In this document: positions 19,181 to 28,295 of the stretch, in pieces
How the letters are laid out: each line of letters begins with the position of its first letter
How positions within the stretch are numbered: position 1 is the stretch's first letter
DNA from: Parachlamydiales bacterium
Lineage (GTDB): Bacteria; Chlamydiota; Chlamydiia; Chlamydiales; Parachlamydiaceae
DNA: 38,469 nucleotides
NCBI GenBank assembly: GCA_020051075.1
Contig: JAGVJP010000058.1
Coordinates: 1 to 38,469, forward strand
Direction: 5' to 3'
The notes under the pieces: generated by a model
What the model saw: the letters and a program-made list of their open reading frames with translations, nothing else
What the model was told of the DNA's origin: nothing
The model's database searches: none
Made by a program: the position numbers and the translations under genes

Positions 19181-19191
19181 GGACCTCTGCA

Positions 19192-19881
19192 ATGTTACAA
19201 GAGATGAGAGTTAAACAGATATTATATTTAGGATTAGATCCGACCAACTATCAACATCATGGAGAGCTCACACATTATCCGATCATCCAAACAGTGCCTC
19301 GCCCGATATCTGATCCAGAAGTCTATGCCGCCCTCTCCTTATTCGATCATTATACTCATCTCATTATCTCCTCTAAGACGTCGATTCCAATCCTCCTAGA
19401 CTACTTGCCCAAAACAGGCTTTTCGTTGAAGCGATGGGCAGAGATGACAACACTAGCAGTCGGGCAAGCAACAATGCGTCAACTGCAGCGTTCCGGTATT
19501 TCAAACATCCTGACTGCTGAAAATGAGACTGCTGAGGGCATCGTCGATCTCATCAAAAACACTGTCCCTACGAGTGCTTACCTCTTCTGGCCGCACTCTT
19601 CAGGAGCAAGATCAGTGATTAAAGATTTTCTACTCGCACAACAGATCAATCACGAAGAATGCAGCTTATATGATACTATCCCTCGCCCACCTGCAACTCT
19701 GCCAAATCTTTCGGTATTTGATGAGATTGTCTTTACAAGCCCCTCCACCGTAGACGCATTCATTGAGGTATTTGGCCAGCCACTCCCCTCCAACATCACC
19801 CTGACCCCTATCGGGCCGATCACTAAGGAATATCTCAACTCATACAAAAACTCTTTCGATAAAAGAAGGATCGTCCTATAA
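19192..19881 (+). CDS. hemD: Uroporphyrinogen-III synthase
   Basis: ILYLGL, AVG..T...L, ETAEG, LYDT, IVFTSPSTV and IGPIT motifs. Confidence 0.9.
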   Translation: MLQEMRVKQILYLGLDPTNYQHHGELTHYPIIQTVPRPISDPEVYAALSLFDHYTHLIISSKTSIPILLDYLPKTGFSLKRWAEMTTLAVGQATMRQLQRSGISNILTAENETAEGIVDLIKNTVPTSAYLFWPHSSGARSVIKDFLLAQQINHEECSLYDTIPRPPATLPNLSVFDEIVFTSPSTVDAFIEVFGQPLPSNITLTPIGPITKEYLNSYKNSFDKRRIVL

Positions 19882-19914
19882 TCGGGAATACCAAACAAAT
19901 TCTAATCAGGAGTC

Positions 19915-20541
19915 ATGATGAATTCAGAATCCCATTCAACCTCTTTCGAACTTCCTCCTCTCCCCTATGATTTAAATGCCTTAGAGCCTTTCATCAGTGC
20001 AGAAATTATGACCTTGCACTATACCAAGCACCACCAAGCTTATGTCAACAACCTCAACAAAGCTCTTGAGCAATTTGCCGAAGCGTCAGCCAAACAAGAT
20101 CTGGCCGCGATGACAGCACTCTTATCAGCCATCAAATTCAATGGCGGAGGACATGCCAACCACTCGATTTTTTGGACTAACTTATCGCCAAAAAATAAAT
20201 TGGGAGGCATCCCTCCTGAAGGCATCCTTGCCGAAAAAATCAACACAGAGTTCGGCTCTCTCCAACATCTCATCGACCTCATGAGCGCCAAAGCCGTCGC
20301 TCTTCAAGGTTCTGGCTGGATTTGGCTCGGACTCGATAAACCAACAAGTCAACTGACGCTAGCCGCCTGTGATAATCAAGATCCGTTGTCAACCAAAGGG
20401 CTCATTCCTCTTTTAGGAATCGATGTGTGGGAACATGCCTACTATCTCCAATATAAAAATGTGAGAGCTGATTACGTCAAAGCCATTTGGAACATCGTAA
20501 ATTGGAAAAACGTCGCAGAACGGTTTGAAAAAGCAAATTGA
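19915..20541 (+). CDS. sodA: Superoxide dismutase, Mn-type signature
   Basis: [28 protein letters not shown] and DVWEHAYY motifs. Confidence 0.95.
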   Translation: MMNSESHSTSFELPPLPYDLNALEPFISAEIMTLHYTKHHQAYVNNLNKALEQFAEASAKQDLAAMTALLSAIKFNGGGHANHSIFWTNLSPKNKLGGIPPEGILAEKINTEFGSLQHLIDLMSAKAVALQGSGWIWLGLDKPTSQLTLAACDNQDPLSTKGLIPLLGIDVWEHAYYLQYKNVRADYVKAIWNIVNWKNVAERFEKAN

Positions 20542-20543
20542 AA

Positions 20544-21392
20544 ATGAATTTATTCTCTCGAAATAAACCAAAAATCCACATTCAGACCACAAAAAAGGAT
20601 GGGTTTAGCGGATGGTTGAAATGCACCCACTGCAACGAACTGATCCATACTAACGAACTCGTACAAAATCAAAATTGCTGTCCTAAATGTGATTACCATT
20701 ACCGTTTATCCACCGAAGAACGGATTAAGAGCCTTAGCGACGCCAATTCGTTTGAACCGTTATTTAATCACTTGCATCCTCTCGACCCCCTCCAGTTTAC
20801 CGACACAGAACCCTATCCAGATCGTTTAGCGAACGCACAAGAGAAATCAGGAGCAAACGAGGCGGTCGTCGTCGGTTCTTGCTTGTTGAATAGGCAGGGA
20901 ATCGCTTTGGGGGTGATGGACTTCAATTTTATGGGAGGCTCTATGGGCTCTGTAGTTGGAGAAAAACTCACTCGTTTGATCGAATATGCCATCCAATTCT
21001 TCCTCCCCCTTGTCATCGTTTCAACTTCAGGAGGAGCACGAATGCAAGAATCGATATTCTCCCTGATGCAAATAGCAAAAACGTCAGCTGCTCTTGCAAA
21101 GCTCCATGAGGCTAAACTTCCCTATCTCTCCATCCTCACAAATCCGACAACAGGAGGCGTCACAGCCTCATTCGCCTCCCTTGGCGATGTGATTATCGCC
21201 GAACCCAACGCCCTTATCTGCTTTGCAGGGCCTCGCGTCATCGAACAAACCATCGGGCATCAACTCCCTCCCGGCGCGCAGAAATCAGAATTCCTCCTTG
21301 AACATGGAATGATCGATTGCATCGTTCGGAGGCCTGAGTTAAAACAAAAAGTCATCGACATTCTTGAAATATTAAAAGGTAATCATGAGTAG
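20544..21392 (+). CDS. accD: Acetyl-CoA carboxylase carboxyltransferase beta subunit
   Basis: Zn finger [32 protein letters not shown] and GPRVIEQT motifs. Confidence 0.98.
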   Translation: MNLFSRNKPKIHIQTTKKDGFSGWLKCTHCNELIHTNELVQNQNCCPKCDYHYRLSTEERIKSLSDANSFEPLFNHLHPLDPLQFTDTEPYPDRLANAQEKSGANEAVVVGSCLLNRQGIALGVMDFNFMGGSMGSVVGEKLTRLIEYAIQFFLPLVIVSTSGGARMQESIFSLMQIAKTSAALAKLHEAKLPYLSILTNPTTGGVTASFASLGDVIIAEPNALICFAGPRVIEQTIGHQLPPGAQKSEFLLEHGMIDCIVRRPELKQKVIDILEILKGNHE

Positions 21393-21846
21393 CACTACAG
21401 AGCAAAAGGAAATTTTCATCCCCCTTCAAATTGAAGATGAAGAGTTTATTCCATCTTATGCAACAGACTGCGCTGCTGGAGCAGATATCAAAGCCTATTT
21501 GAAAGATTCGATCACTCTCCTTCCTGGACATTCTGCCGCCATTCCAACAGGAATGCGCATCGCTCTTCCTGAAGGGTTTGAAATTCAGATCCGGCCACGG
21601 AGCGGGTTGGCACTCAACTTCCAAGTGACAGTGCTAAACACGCCCGGCACAATCGATGCAGATTACCGTGGAGAGATCCGCGTGATATTAATCAACCACG
21701 GAAAAGAGCCTTTTACCATTACGCCTGGCATGAGAATCGCACAACTCGTCGTCGCCCCTTGTTTTAGAGCAAATTTTACCCTTGCCAATGAACTAACATC
21801 CTCGACAAGAGGTTGCGGAGGCTTTGGCCATACTGGTTATCAATGA
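21385..21846 (+). CDS. dut: dUTP diphosphatase
   Basis: [25 protein letters not shown] and RG.GGFGHTG motifs. Confidence 0.98.
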   Translation: MSSTTEQKEIFIPLQIEDEEFIPSYATDCAAGADIKAYLKDSITLLPGHSAAIPTGMRIALPEGFEIQIRPRSGLALNFQVTVLNTPGTIDADYRGEIRVILINHGKEPFTITPGMRIAQLVVAPCFRANFTLANELTSSTRGCGGFGHTGYQ

Positions 21847-22292
21847 AAAAAATTTCTCGCTACATGAAGCCTAAACACGTTATCTTCCTCTCGGCAGAGT
21901 CTCGCGATGATGCCTTACAAAAACTTGTTCATCATTTATATAAGCAAGGAGAAGTTGAAGATGAGCAACTGTTTCTCCAGGCGATCATCGAAAGAGAGAA
22001 AATTGTGTCCACAGGAATAGGAATGGGTGTAGCGATCCCGCATGCGAAACTCCCTACGTTTAACCACTTCTTCATTGCTATTGGAATATTGCGCAAACCG
22101 ATAGACTGGCACGCATTGGATCGAGCTCCCGTTCGAATCGTATTCATGATCGGTGGTCCCGATGATAAACAAACAGAATACCTCCAAATTCTCTCAGGTC
22201 TCACACAGATGATCAAAGATGAAGGAAAGCGAAAAAAGTTATTAACTCTAGAAGAGCCTGCCGCAATCATTGAAATATTTAACGGGGTCTGA
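21843..22292 (+). CDS. ptsN: PTS EIIA (Ntr-type) protein
   Basis: [19 protein letters not shown] phospho-His motif; ATGA overlap with the dut stop. Confidence 0.93.
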   Translation: MKKISRYMKPKHVIFLSAESRDDALQKLVHHLYKQGEVEDEQLFLQAIIEREKIVSTGIGMGVAIPHAKLPTFNHFFIAIGILRKPIDWHALDRAPVRIVFMIGGPDDKQTEYLQILSGLTQMIKDEGKRKKLLTLEEPAAIIEIFNGV

Positions 22293-22359
22293 TATACACA
22301 AACAAGATCAATACACAAGTCGGCACGCCCTCTTATCAATCCTCTAATAAAAGGTGGTT

Positions 22360-23082
22360 ATGGATTTAAAAATCAATGACGTTGCAGATCTCTTAAACGT
22401 TCCCGAAGACACAATTCGTAAATGGGTCACTGAAGGCAAGATTCCTTATTATCAGATTAAAGAAGATTTCCTCTTTTCAAGAACTGAATTTGAAGACTGG
22501 GTCATTTCTCATAAATTAGATAAGTCAGATGGCATCTCTCCCTTTACACATCGAACAGCTGCCGATCAAAATGAAGAAAACAGCAACTCCCCAAGGATAA
22601 AAGGGGGAAGTAAACAATTCAGTTTGTTCCGCGCAATTCATAAAGGAGATGTTTTACCCAACGTCTTAGGGTCTACGAAAGAGGAAATCATCCGCTCCGT
22701 CATGCGCAAAGTAGCCAAGCCCCTTAACATTGATGCTGATGTGATGACAGAACTCCTGTTAGATCGGGAAAAAATGATGCCAACAGCCCTCAACAACGGC
22801 ATTGGAGTCCCTCACACGCGCGACTCTCTTCTTTCCAGCCATCAAGATGTTGTGATCGTGGTCTTCCTCAACGAACCGCTTGAGTATGGGGCCTTGGACG
22901 GACAGCCTGTCCTTACTTTGTTTTTTCTCTTTGCTTGCGAAGATAAAAGACACCTGCACCTACTTGCGAAAATCGCTCATCTCAGCAGTCAACCCCATCT
23001 TCTAGACTTCTTGAAGACAAAACCCTTGAAAGAACATCTTCTCACTTTTATCAAAGATTGGGAAAATCAAATTCCTCAGTAA
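22360..23082 (+). CDS. ptsN: HTH (excisionase-like) plus PTS EIIA fusion
   Basis: DVADLLNVPEDTIRKWV..G.IP HTH, followed by REKMMPTALNNGIGVPHTR. Confidence 0.92.
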   Translation: MDLKINDVADLLNVPEDTIRKWVTEGKIPYYQIKEDFLFSRTEFEDWVISHKLDKSDGISPFTHRTAADQNEENSNSPRIKGGSKQFSLFRAIHKGDVLPNVLGSTKEEIIRSVMRKVAKPLNIDADVMTELLLDREKMMPTALNNGIGVPHTRDSLLSSHQDVVIVVFLNEPLEYGALDGQPVLTLFFLFACEDKRHLHLLAKIAHLSSQPHLLDFLKTKPLKEHLLTFIKDWENQIPQ

Positions 23083-23108
23083 GCTTATCAGATAACAAAA
23101 GACTTTGA

Positions 23109-23135
23109 AGGCTGGGGCCACATCTTCCCCAGCCT
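23109..23135. terminator. GC-rich stem-loop after the ptsN operon (possible terminator)
   Basis: AGGCTGGGG-N9-CCCCAGCCT, with no clear U-tract. Confidence 0.55.
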
Positions 23136-23168
23136 AGTGTGCAACTGAGGGCATTTCTCGCGTAATTT

Positions 23169-23262
23169 AAACACCCCCTGTAAAACATCATCTTTTACCT
23201 ATAAAATACCCCATTAAAATAGATTATTTTCGACAAAACACCCCCTATAAAATCTCGATTTT
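23169..23262 (+). repeat. Three degenerate direct repeats (~32-35 bp period) upstream of the AAA/DUF4143 gene
   Basis: aaacaccccctgtaaaa-N7-tttt, aaataccccattaaaa-N7-tttt and aaacaccccctataaaa-N6-tttt. Confidence 0.75.
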
Positions 23263-23288
23263 GCTAGAATAGAGAAAAACGAGGGATT

Positions 23289-24623
23289 ATGCGCCGAATG
23301 ATTGAGCCTATATTAAGAAAGTGGAAGAATCAAGCAGATCGTTTGCCGATTATTTTGCGCGGAGCACGACAAGTTGGCAAAAGCTTTATTGTGGAAAAAT
23401 TTGGGTCAGAAAATTTTGAATCTTTACTGACCGTCAATTTTGAGTTTCAACCAGAATTACGTGATTGTTTTAGTAACTTTGATCCTCAATCAATATGCGC
23501 AAAACTGGAAATTGCTTTCAAAACCAGGATTATACCAGGGAAAACCTTATTGTTTTTCGACGAAATCCAAAACTGCCCCAGAGCTATAACCTCTTTACGT
23601 TACTTCAAAGAGAAATTTCCTACCCTCCATGTTATTGCAGCAGGTTCATTGCTAGAATTCGCTTTGAATGATGAAGAATTTTCTTTTCCAGTGGGTCGTG
23701 TACAGTTTGTGTATTTAAAACCGATGTCGTTTTATGAATATCTTCTTTGTCAAAATAATGAACCACTTATAGACTACGTGGATAATATCCACGTAGATCA
23801 CATAATAGAACCTTTTATCCATGAACAATTGTTAACTCTTCTAAGAGAATATTGCTTGATAGGTGGAATGCCATCAGTCATTAAGTGTTTTCTAAATACT
23901 CATTCATTTTTAGACTGTCAAACCGTTCTTAGTGGATTATTGGAGACTTATCGTTCAGATTTCCCGAAATACGCATCAAGAACACAACATAAGAACGTTC
24001 AATTATTTTTTGAAAAAACTCCTGGTTTAATTACAAAACATTTCAAATATACCCACATTAGCCCAGACCATACCGCTGCAGCTCTTAAAATTGCATTGAA
24101 CCAATTAGGATGGGCAGGACTTGTACACAAAGTACTTTCCACAAGTGCAGCAGGGATCCCTTTAAACGCTCATGCAAAAGAAAACAAATTCAAGTTGATA
24201 TTTTTAGACTTGGGACTTGCCAATTGTGCTGACAAATTAGATTTTCAAACAATCTGGGATACTCAATTACTGCAAGTTAATGCAGGGGCTTTGGCTGAAC
24301 AATTTGTGGGTCAGGAGTTGTTGGCTCATGCTGATCCACATATGAATGCCCAACTATATTATTGGGAAAGAGAGAAAAAAGGAGCGATGGCAGAAGTAGA
24401 TTATGTCGCCCAAATAGGTTCAAATATTTTCCCTATAGAAGTAAAGGCTGGAACAACAGGGACATTGAGATCCATGGCTCAATTTATTCTCGAAAAACAT
24501 CAACCGTTTGGGATTAGACTCTCACAACACTCACTTTCATTTCATGATCGAGTATTATCCGTACCTCTATATCTAATTCACAAACTCCCACAGTTCGTAC
24601 AAGAACAACTAAACCTTATTTAA
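23289..24623 (+). CDS. AAA_14 ATPase with DUF4143 and a C-terminal PD-(D/E)xK-like motif
   Basis: Walker A GARQVGKS, Walker B LFFDEIQ, FPVGRV, GGMP, D.GL, GALAEQFV and EVDY...PIEVK. Looks AT-richer than its neighbours. Confidence 0.9.
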   Translation: MRRMIEPILRKWKNQADRLPIILRGARQVGKSFIVEKFGSENFESLLTVNFEFQPELRDCFSNFDPQSICAKLEIAFKTRIIPGKTLLFFDEIQNCPRAITSLRYFKEKFPTLHVIAAGSLLEFALNDEEFSFPVGRVQFVYLKPMSFYEYLLCQNNEPLIDYVDNIHVDHIIEPFIHEQLLTLLREYCLIGGMPSVIKCFLNTHSFLDCQTVLSGLLETYRSDFPKYASRTQHKNVQLFFEKTPGLITKHFKYTHISPDHTAAALKIALNQLGWAGLVHKVLSTSAAGIPLNAHAKENKFKLIFLDLGLANCADKLDFQTIWDTQLLQVNAGALAEQFVGQELLAHADPHMNAQLYYWEREKKGAMAEVDYVAQIGSNIFPIEVKAGTTGTLRSMAQFILEKHQPFGIRLSQHSLSFHDRVLSVPLYLIHKLPQFVQEQLNLI

Positions 24624-24660
24624 CGAGAGTTGTGGAACAACTTATCTCAAACATGCAAAG

Positions 24661-24711
24661 GCTGTGAAAAAATTAGAATCCATTTGACTTCGTTCGAAAT
24701 TTTTTCACAGC
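24661..24711. terminator. 14-bp perfect inverted repeat between convergent genes
   Basis: GCTGTGAAAAAATT (24661) / AATTTTTTCACAGC (24698). Confidence 0.6.
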
Positions 24712-24717
24712 ATCGTA

Positions 24718-26007
24718 TTAAGCGCGTTTTTTTCTATCCCATGAAGGTTTGCTTCCTCTCGCGGCGGCAGCAGCAGGAGCCTTGGAGAACGTCCTAGCAG
24801 CATTGCTTTTATTACCGTAGAGAGAGCGGCGATTCTTCTGAGGCTTGAATTTTTCCTGCTCTCTTGCTCTGGGCTCCAAACCTTCAATGATATGAATCTC
24901 TAATGGCTTCCCGAGCAATCGTTCGATTTTTACAACTCTATCTCTGTCTCTAAATGAAGCAAATGTCATCGCAACACCAGTCGCCCCTGCACGGCCCGTA
25001 CGTCCAATGCGGTGGATGAAGTCTTCAGCCTGAAAGGGTAAATCAAAATTAATGATATGGCTTAATGAAGCAATGTCAATGCCTCTTGCTGCAACGTCAG
25101 TAGCGATAAGAAATTGAAAATCCCCTCGACGCAACCTTTCGATTGTCTTAGTCCGTTGCCTCTGATGCATATCCCCATGAAGGGCCTCGGAAGCATATCC
25201 TCTATGATATAAATAACTGGCTAATTCGCCTGCTAATTTAATTGTAGAAGTGAAAATAATCGATTGATTGACATCATTTGTCTTTATAATATGCTCTAAA
25301 ATCGATTTTTTATGCTCGAGATCATCGACATAATAAAGACGCTGCTCAATGTGGCTTTGCGTCAATGGATCATGTTCAACCTTCAGATGGTGAGGCTTGT
25401 TTTGTATCTTATTCGAAAAAGGGAGGATTTTATGATCAATCGTGGCTGAAAACAGAAGGGTCTGCCGACCTGCAGGAATGGCCCTTGCGATTTCCTCAAC
25501 ATCATCAACAAATCCCATATCAAGCATGCGATCAGCTTCATCTAAAACAAAGATTTTTACTCGAGAAAGGTCGACCCGTCCCGCATCTAACTGGTCTTTC
25601 AGACGACCAGGAGTGGCAACAAGAATCTCATAACGGCCAGCTAAAGCTCTGTTTTGAGGTGGATAGGGAACGCCGCCATAAATACAGACAGTTTTTGTAC
25701 GAGACAGATATTTACTAAATTTTTTTGCTTCATCGGCAACCTGCATGGCTAATTCCCGGGTAGGAACCAAAATGAGCACTTGCGGCCCGCCAGCAGCTCG
25801 GTAATCTGGTTGTGAAAGCAAATGCAGTATTGGCAACATAAAGGCAGCGGTCTTACCTGTTCCTGTCTGCGCAGAAGCAATAACATCAGAACCTTCAAGC
25901 ACTTTTGGGATTGCAAGGGACTGAATCGGTGTTGGTTTCTCATAACCAATTTCGTTAAGAAGTTTTAAAATTTTCTCGTCTAGGGCAAAATTAGTGAAAT
26001 TAGGCAA
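24718..26007 (-). CDS. DEAD-box RNA helicase (RhlE/DeaD-like)
   Basis: Q motif, AQTGTGKT, PTRELA, TPGRL, DEAD, SAT, ARGID and HRIGRTGRAG; basic tail; TTG start with an AAGGA RBS. Confidence 0.96.
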   Translation of the reverse strand: MPNFTNFALDEKILKLLNEIGYEKPTPIQSLAIPKVLEGSDVIASAQTGTGKTAAFMLPILHLLSQPDYRAAGGPQVLILVPTRELAMQVADEAKKFSKYLSRTKTVCIYGGVPYPPQNRALAGRYEILVATPGRLKDQLDAGRVDLSRVKIFVLDEADRMLDMGFVDDVEEIARAIPAGRQTLLFSATIDHKILPFSNKIQNKPHHLKVEHDPLTQSHIEQRLYYVDDLEHKKSILEHIIKTNDVNQSIIFTSTIKLAGELASYLYHRGYASEALHGDMHQRQRTKTIERLRRGDFQFLIATDVAARGIDIASLSHIINFDLPFQAEDFIHRIGRTGRAGATGVAMTFASFRDRDRVVKIERLLGKPLEIHIIEGLEPRAREQEKFKPQKNRRSLYGNKSNAARTFSKAPAAAAARGSKPSWDRKKRA

Positions 26008-26030
26008 AATATAACATCCTTTTTTAAACG

Positions 26031-26157
26031 TAAGCTCTCATCACGGAATTTTTATCTTTATAAAAAGGATTGTTTGCATCAGCAAAAATCATCCTATTAA
26101 AAAAACGGTATTCCCGTAATTATAGTGAAGAAAGATCGTGAACGAGCTTATGCTCGT
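26031..26157 (-). promoter_or_regulatory. Candidate structured 5' leader of the helicase gene
   Basis: Complementary segments 26031-37/26144-50, 26041-45/26137-41, 26066-70/26091-95 and 26073-77/26082-86; competing hairpin 26142-47/26152-57. Confidence 0.45.
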
Positions 26158-26376
26158 ACCCAATAAAATTTGACCCACAAGCCGTTTTTGAATTTTATCG
26201 GGCAAGTGCTGTCATAGCGAGTGAAGAAAATCAACTAAGAACTGGATACAATAAGAAATTTTTTTTAAGAAAAGATCTAAAAAACCAGCTTCTTTCGATT
26301 TTAGAAGTTAATCATAACCGATTGCAAATATTTGTGCAAGAAAATAAAACATGATAGACAGTCATGCTGTGAAATT

Positions 26377-26495
26377 GACAGAATCGAGAAGATGATAGGA
26401 ATAAAAAATTTTTCCCTTATCTTTTCTATTCTCTTCCTCCTGTAAAACTGAGCAGAATGGGAAAGATAGGAAGAATGGGGAGAGACTGGAAAGAA
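26377..26495. repeat. Degenerate copy of the CAGGAT-type palindromic repeat
   Basis: cagaatgggaaagatagga (26453) matches caggatggggaagatagga (31118) at 17/19, and is preceded by a complementary pyrimidine-rich arm. Confidence 0.65.
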
Positions 26496-26506
26496 AAAGA
26501 AAGAGA

Positions 26507-26544
26507 TTTTGGACCCATCTTCGAGAAAGAATCTGGGTCCAAAA
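26507..26544. other. 11-bp inverted repeat downstream of the 505-aa gene
   Basis: TTTTGGACCCA / TGGGTCCAAAA. The T run is 5' on both strands, so this is not a canonical intrinsic terminator. Confidence 0.6.
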
Positions 26545-26563
26545 AAATGCACTAAGATTGAGG

Positions 26564-28081
26564 TTACGCTTCCAGCGCCTTAGTTATGGCTTCGCTGCTC
26601 AGTCGATACCATTCCTCAGACAGGCCTAACGCTTCTCCTAACCTTTCTGTCCGACGCGTTAACTTGCCCAGAAAATCTGCGATATAAGACTCATGTAATT
26701 CTTTGTAAGTAGCAACCACCGGTTCATCAGATCCATCAATTTGGAGCGATACTACCTGGCCTGGATTTCTAGACCCTCTTCCAAGAGCATAGTCGCTAAA
26801 ATGCTTCACATAAACACTTAACATCCGCAAAGAGTGTACGATATCGGTTAAGTCTCGAATTTGAACTCCTGCAGGATTCAAACAATTGTCTAAAGCTCTT
26901 TCTAAAGACGAGATATTCCCATCATAGGCTCTATGTCCCTTGTAAGCGCTACCCTCTGGACAGACTTCAATAATCCTTTTAATTTGATTTACAAGCTGTT
27001 TAAGCCTATTGAGATCTGTATCACCATCCACATCCTCTTTTAAAAAGAGTTCCTGAACTATTTCAGAGATCTTTTCCCGAGATAGCATCGATAGATTTCC
27101 GCAAACTGGGGGTTTGGGCATCGATCCATTGCCCTCAACTGAAGGCGTCGGTATCAATCCATTGCCTCGAACTGGAGGCGTCGGTATCGATCCATTGCCC
27201 TCAACTGGAGGCGTCGGTATCGATCTATTGCCTCGAAATGGAGGTGTGCGCATCGATCCCTCTTTGTTTGAATGCGATTCAGGAAATTCAGAATCTGTTA
27301 TCATCCTATTTATGTCTTCGTCGCTCTTTCGATACCAATCATCAGTCAAATTTAACGCTTCTCCTAACCTATCTCTCCGACGGGTTAACTTATTCAAAAA
27401 TTCTGTGATATAATTTTCATGAAAATCTTTATAAGTAAAAGTCATCGGTTCATCAGATCCATCTACAGGGACCGATATGACGTGGCCTGTATTTCTAAGC
27501 CCTCTTCCAAGAGCATATTCGCTAAAATGCCTCACAAAAACCCCTAAACTCCGTAAATTGTGTACGATCGAGGTTAAGTCTTCAATTTGAACTTCTTGAG
27601 GATTCGAGCAACGGCCTAGGGTCAATTCTAAATTCTGCATAGTAGACTGATAGTACCTATTTCCCTTGTAAGCACTGCCCTCTGGGCAGGATGCGATAAT
27701 CGTCTTAATTTGATTTAGCATACGATGAAGGTTATCAAGATCTGTATCACCATTAATATCTGGTGTTAAGAAAAGATCTCGAACAATTGCAGAAACCCTC
27801 ACTTGAGCAGGGGATGATGTCGATCCCTCTGTGTGTGAGCGCGTCGATCCATCTGTGCGTGGCTGCGGCAATGCATTCCTTTCCCTTGGAGGCGTGGATG
27901 TCTTAAAGCAATTTCTAGTCAAGCGATGAAACGCTTCTCGGTTGAAAACAAAATATGCTAAGGCTAATAATGCTAATGCAGCCACAGCTACAATAACAAC
28001 TGGACTAAACTTCGGTTTAAACCAAGTGTTTGAAAAAATTCCAACATTGGCATTGGAAACGCGAATAGTGTTATTCAACAT
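26564..28081 (-). CDS. Membrane-anchored effector-like protein with two copies of a ~168-aa unknown domain
   Basis: AAGGAG RBS; TM PVVIVAVAALALLALAYFVF; internal duplication sharing CPEGSAYKG, HFS.YALGRG.RN and DGSDEP. Confidence 0.88.
   Translation of the reverse strand: MLNNTIRVSNANVGIFSNTWFKPKFSPVVIVAVAALALLALAYFVFNREAFHRLTRNCFKTSTPPRERNALPQPRTDGSTRSHTEGSTSSPAQVRVSAIVRDLFLTPDINGDTDLDNLHRMLNQIKTIIASCPEGSAYKGNRYYQSTMQNLELTLGRCSNPQEVQIEDLTSIVHNLRSLGVFVRHFSEYALGRGLRNTGHVISVPVDGSDEPMTFTYKDFHENYITEFLNKLTRRRDRLGEALNLTDDWYRKSDEDINRMITDSEFPESHSNKEGSMRTPPFRGNRSIPTPPVEGNGSIPTPPVRGNGLIPTPSVEGNGSMPKPPVCGNLSMLSREKISEIVQELFLKEDVDGDTDLNRLKQLVNQIKRIIEVCPEGSAYKGHRAYDGNISSLERALDNCLNPAGVQIRDLTDIVHSLRMLSVYVKHFSDYALGRGSRNPGQVVSLQIDGSDEPVVATYKELHESYIADFLGKLTRRTERLGEALGLSEEWYRLSSEAITKALEA
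27087..27251. repeat. Coding tandem repeat, 5 x 33 bp (SIPTPPVxGNG)
   Basis: Units start at 27087, 27120, 27153, 27186 and 27219; consensus atcgatccattgccctcaactggaggcgtcggt. Confidence 0.95.
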
Positions 28082-28179
28082 AGTTACTCCTTTATTAATA
28101 AATTATAAGTTACATAAAATTGTAGTTTTTTTATTAAAAAAAATCAACAAGAAAAGATTAAAGAACAAAAAAACTGCTT

Positions 28180-28254
28180 ACGGGCGGCACGACCTGGGTA
28201 TAATCGACCCCAAATAGTGAGCCCTTGGCATGGGCATGATAGATTCAGGCCCGT
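28180..28254. ncRNA. Candidate GC-rich structured RNA element (cloverleaf-like)
   Basis: Outer stem ACGGGC/GCCCGT encloses three short hairpins. A T7 run follows on the minus strand. Confidence 0.3.
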
Positions 28255-28295
28255 TCATGAAAAGGGACAATCGGCCACGAAAAGGGGGCAATCGA

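Noticed and set aside
23169..23262. Mini-CRISPR
   Set aside because: The repeats are short and degenerate and the variable parts are under 20 bp; kept only as a regulatory-type array.
26301..26552. 83-aa ORF
   Set aside because: Phe/Ser-biased translation of repeat-derived sequence, with no recognisable domain.
27087..27251. CRISPR array
   Set aside because: The 33-bp units are contiguous, have no unique spacers and are in frame within a CDS; there are no cas genes in the window.
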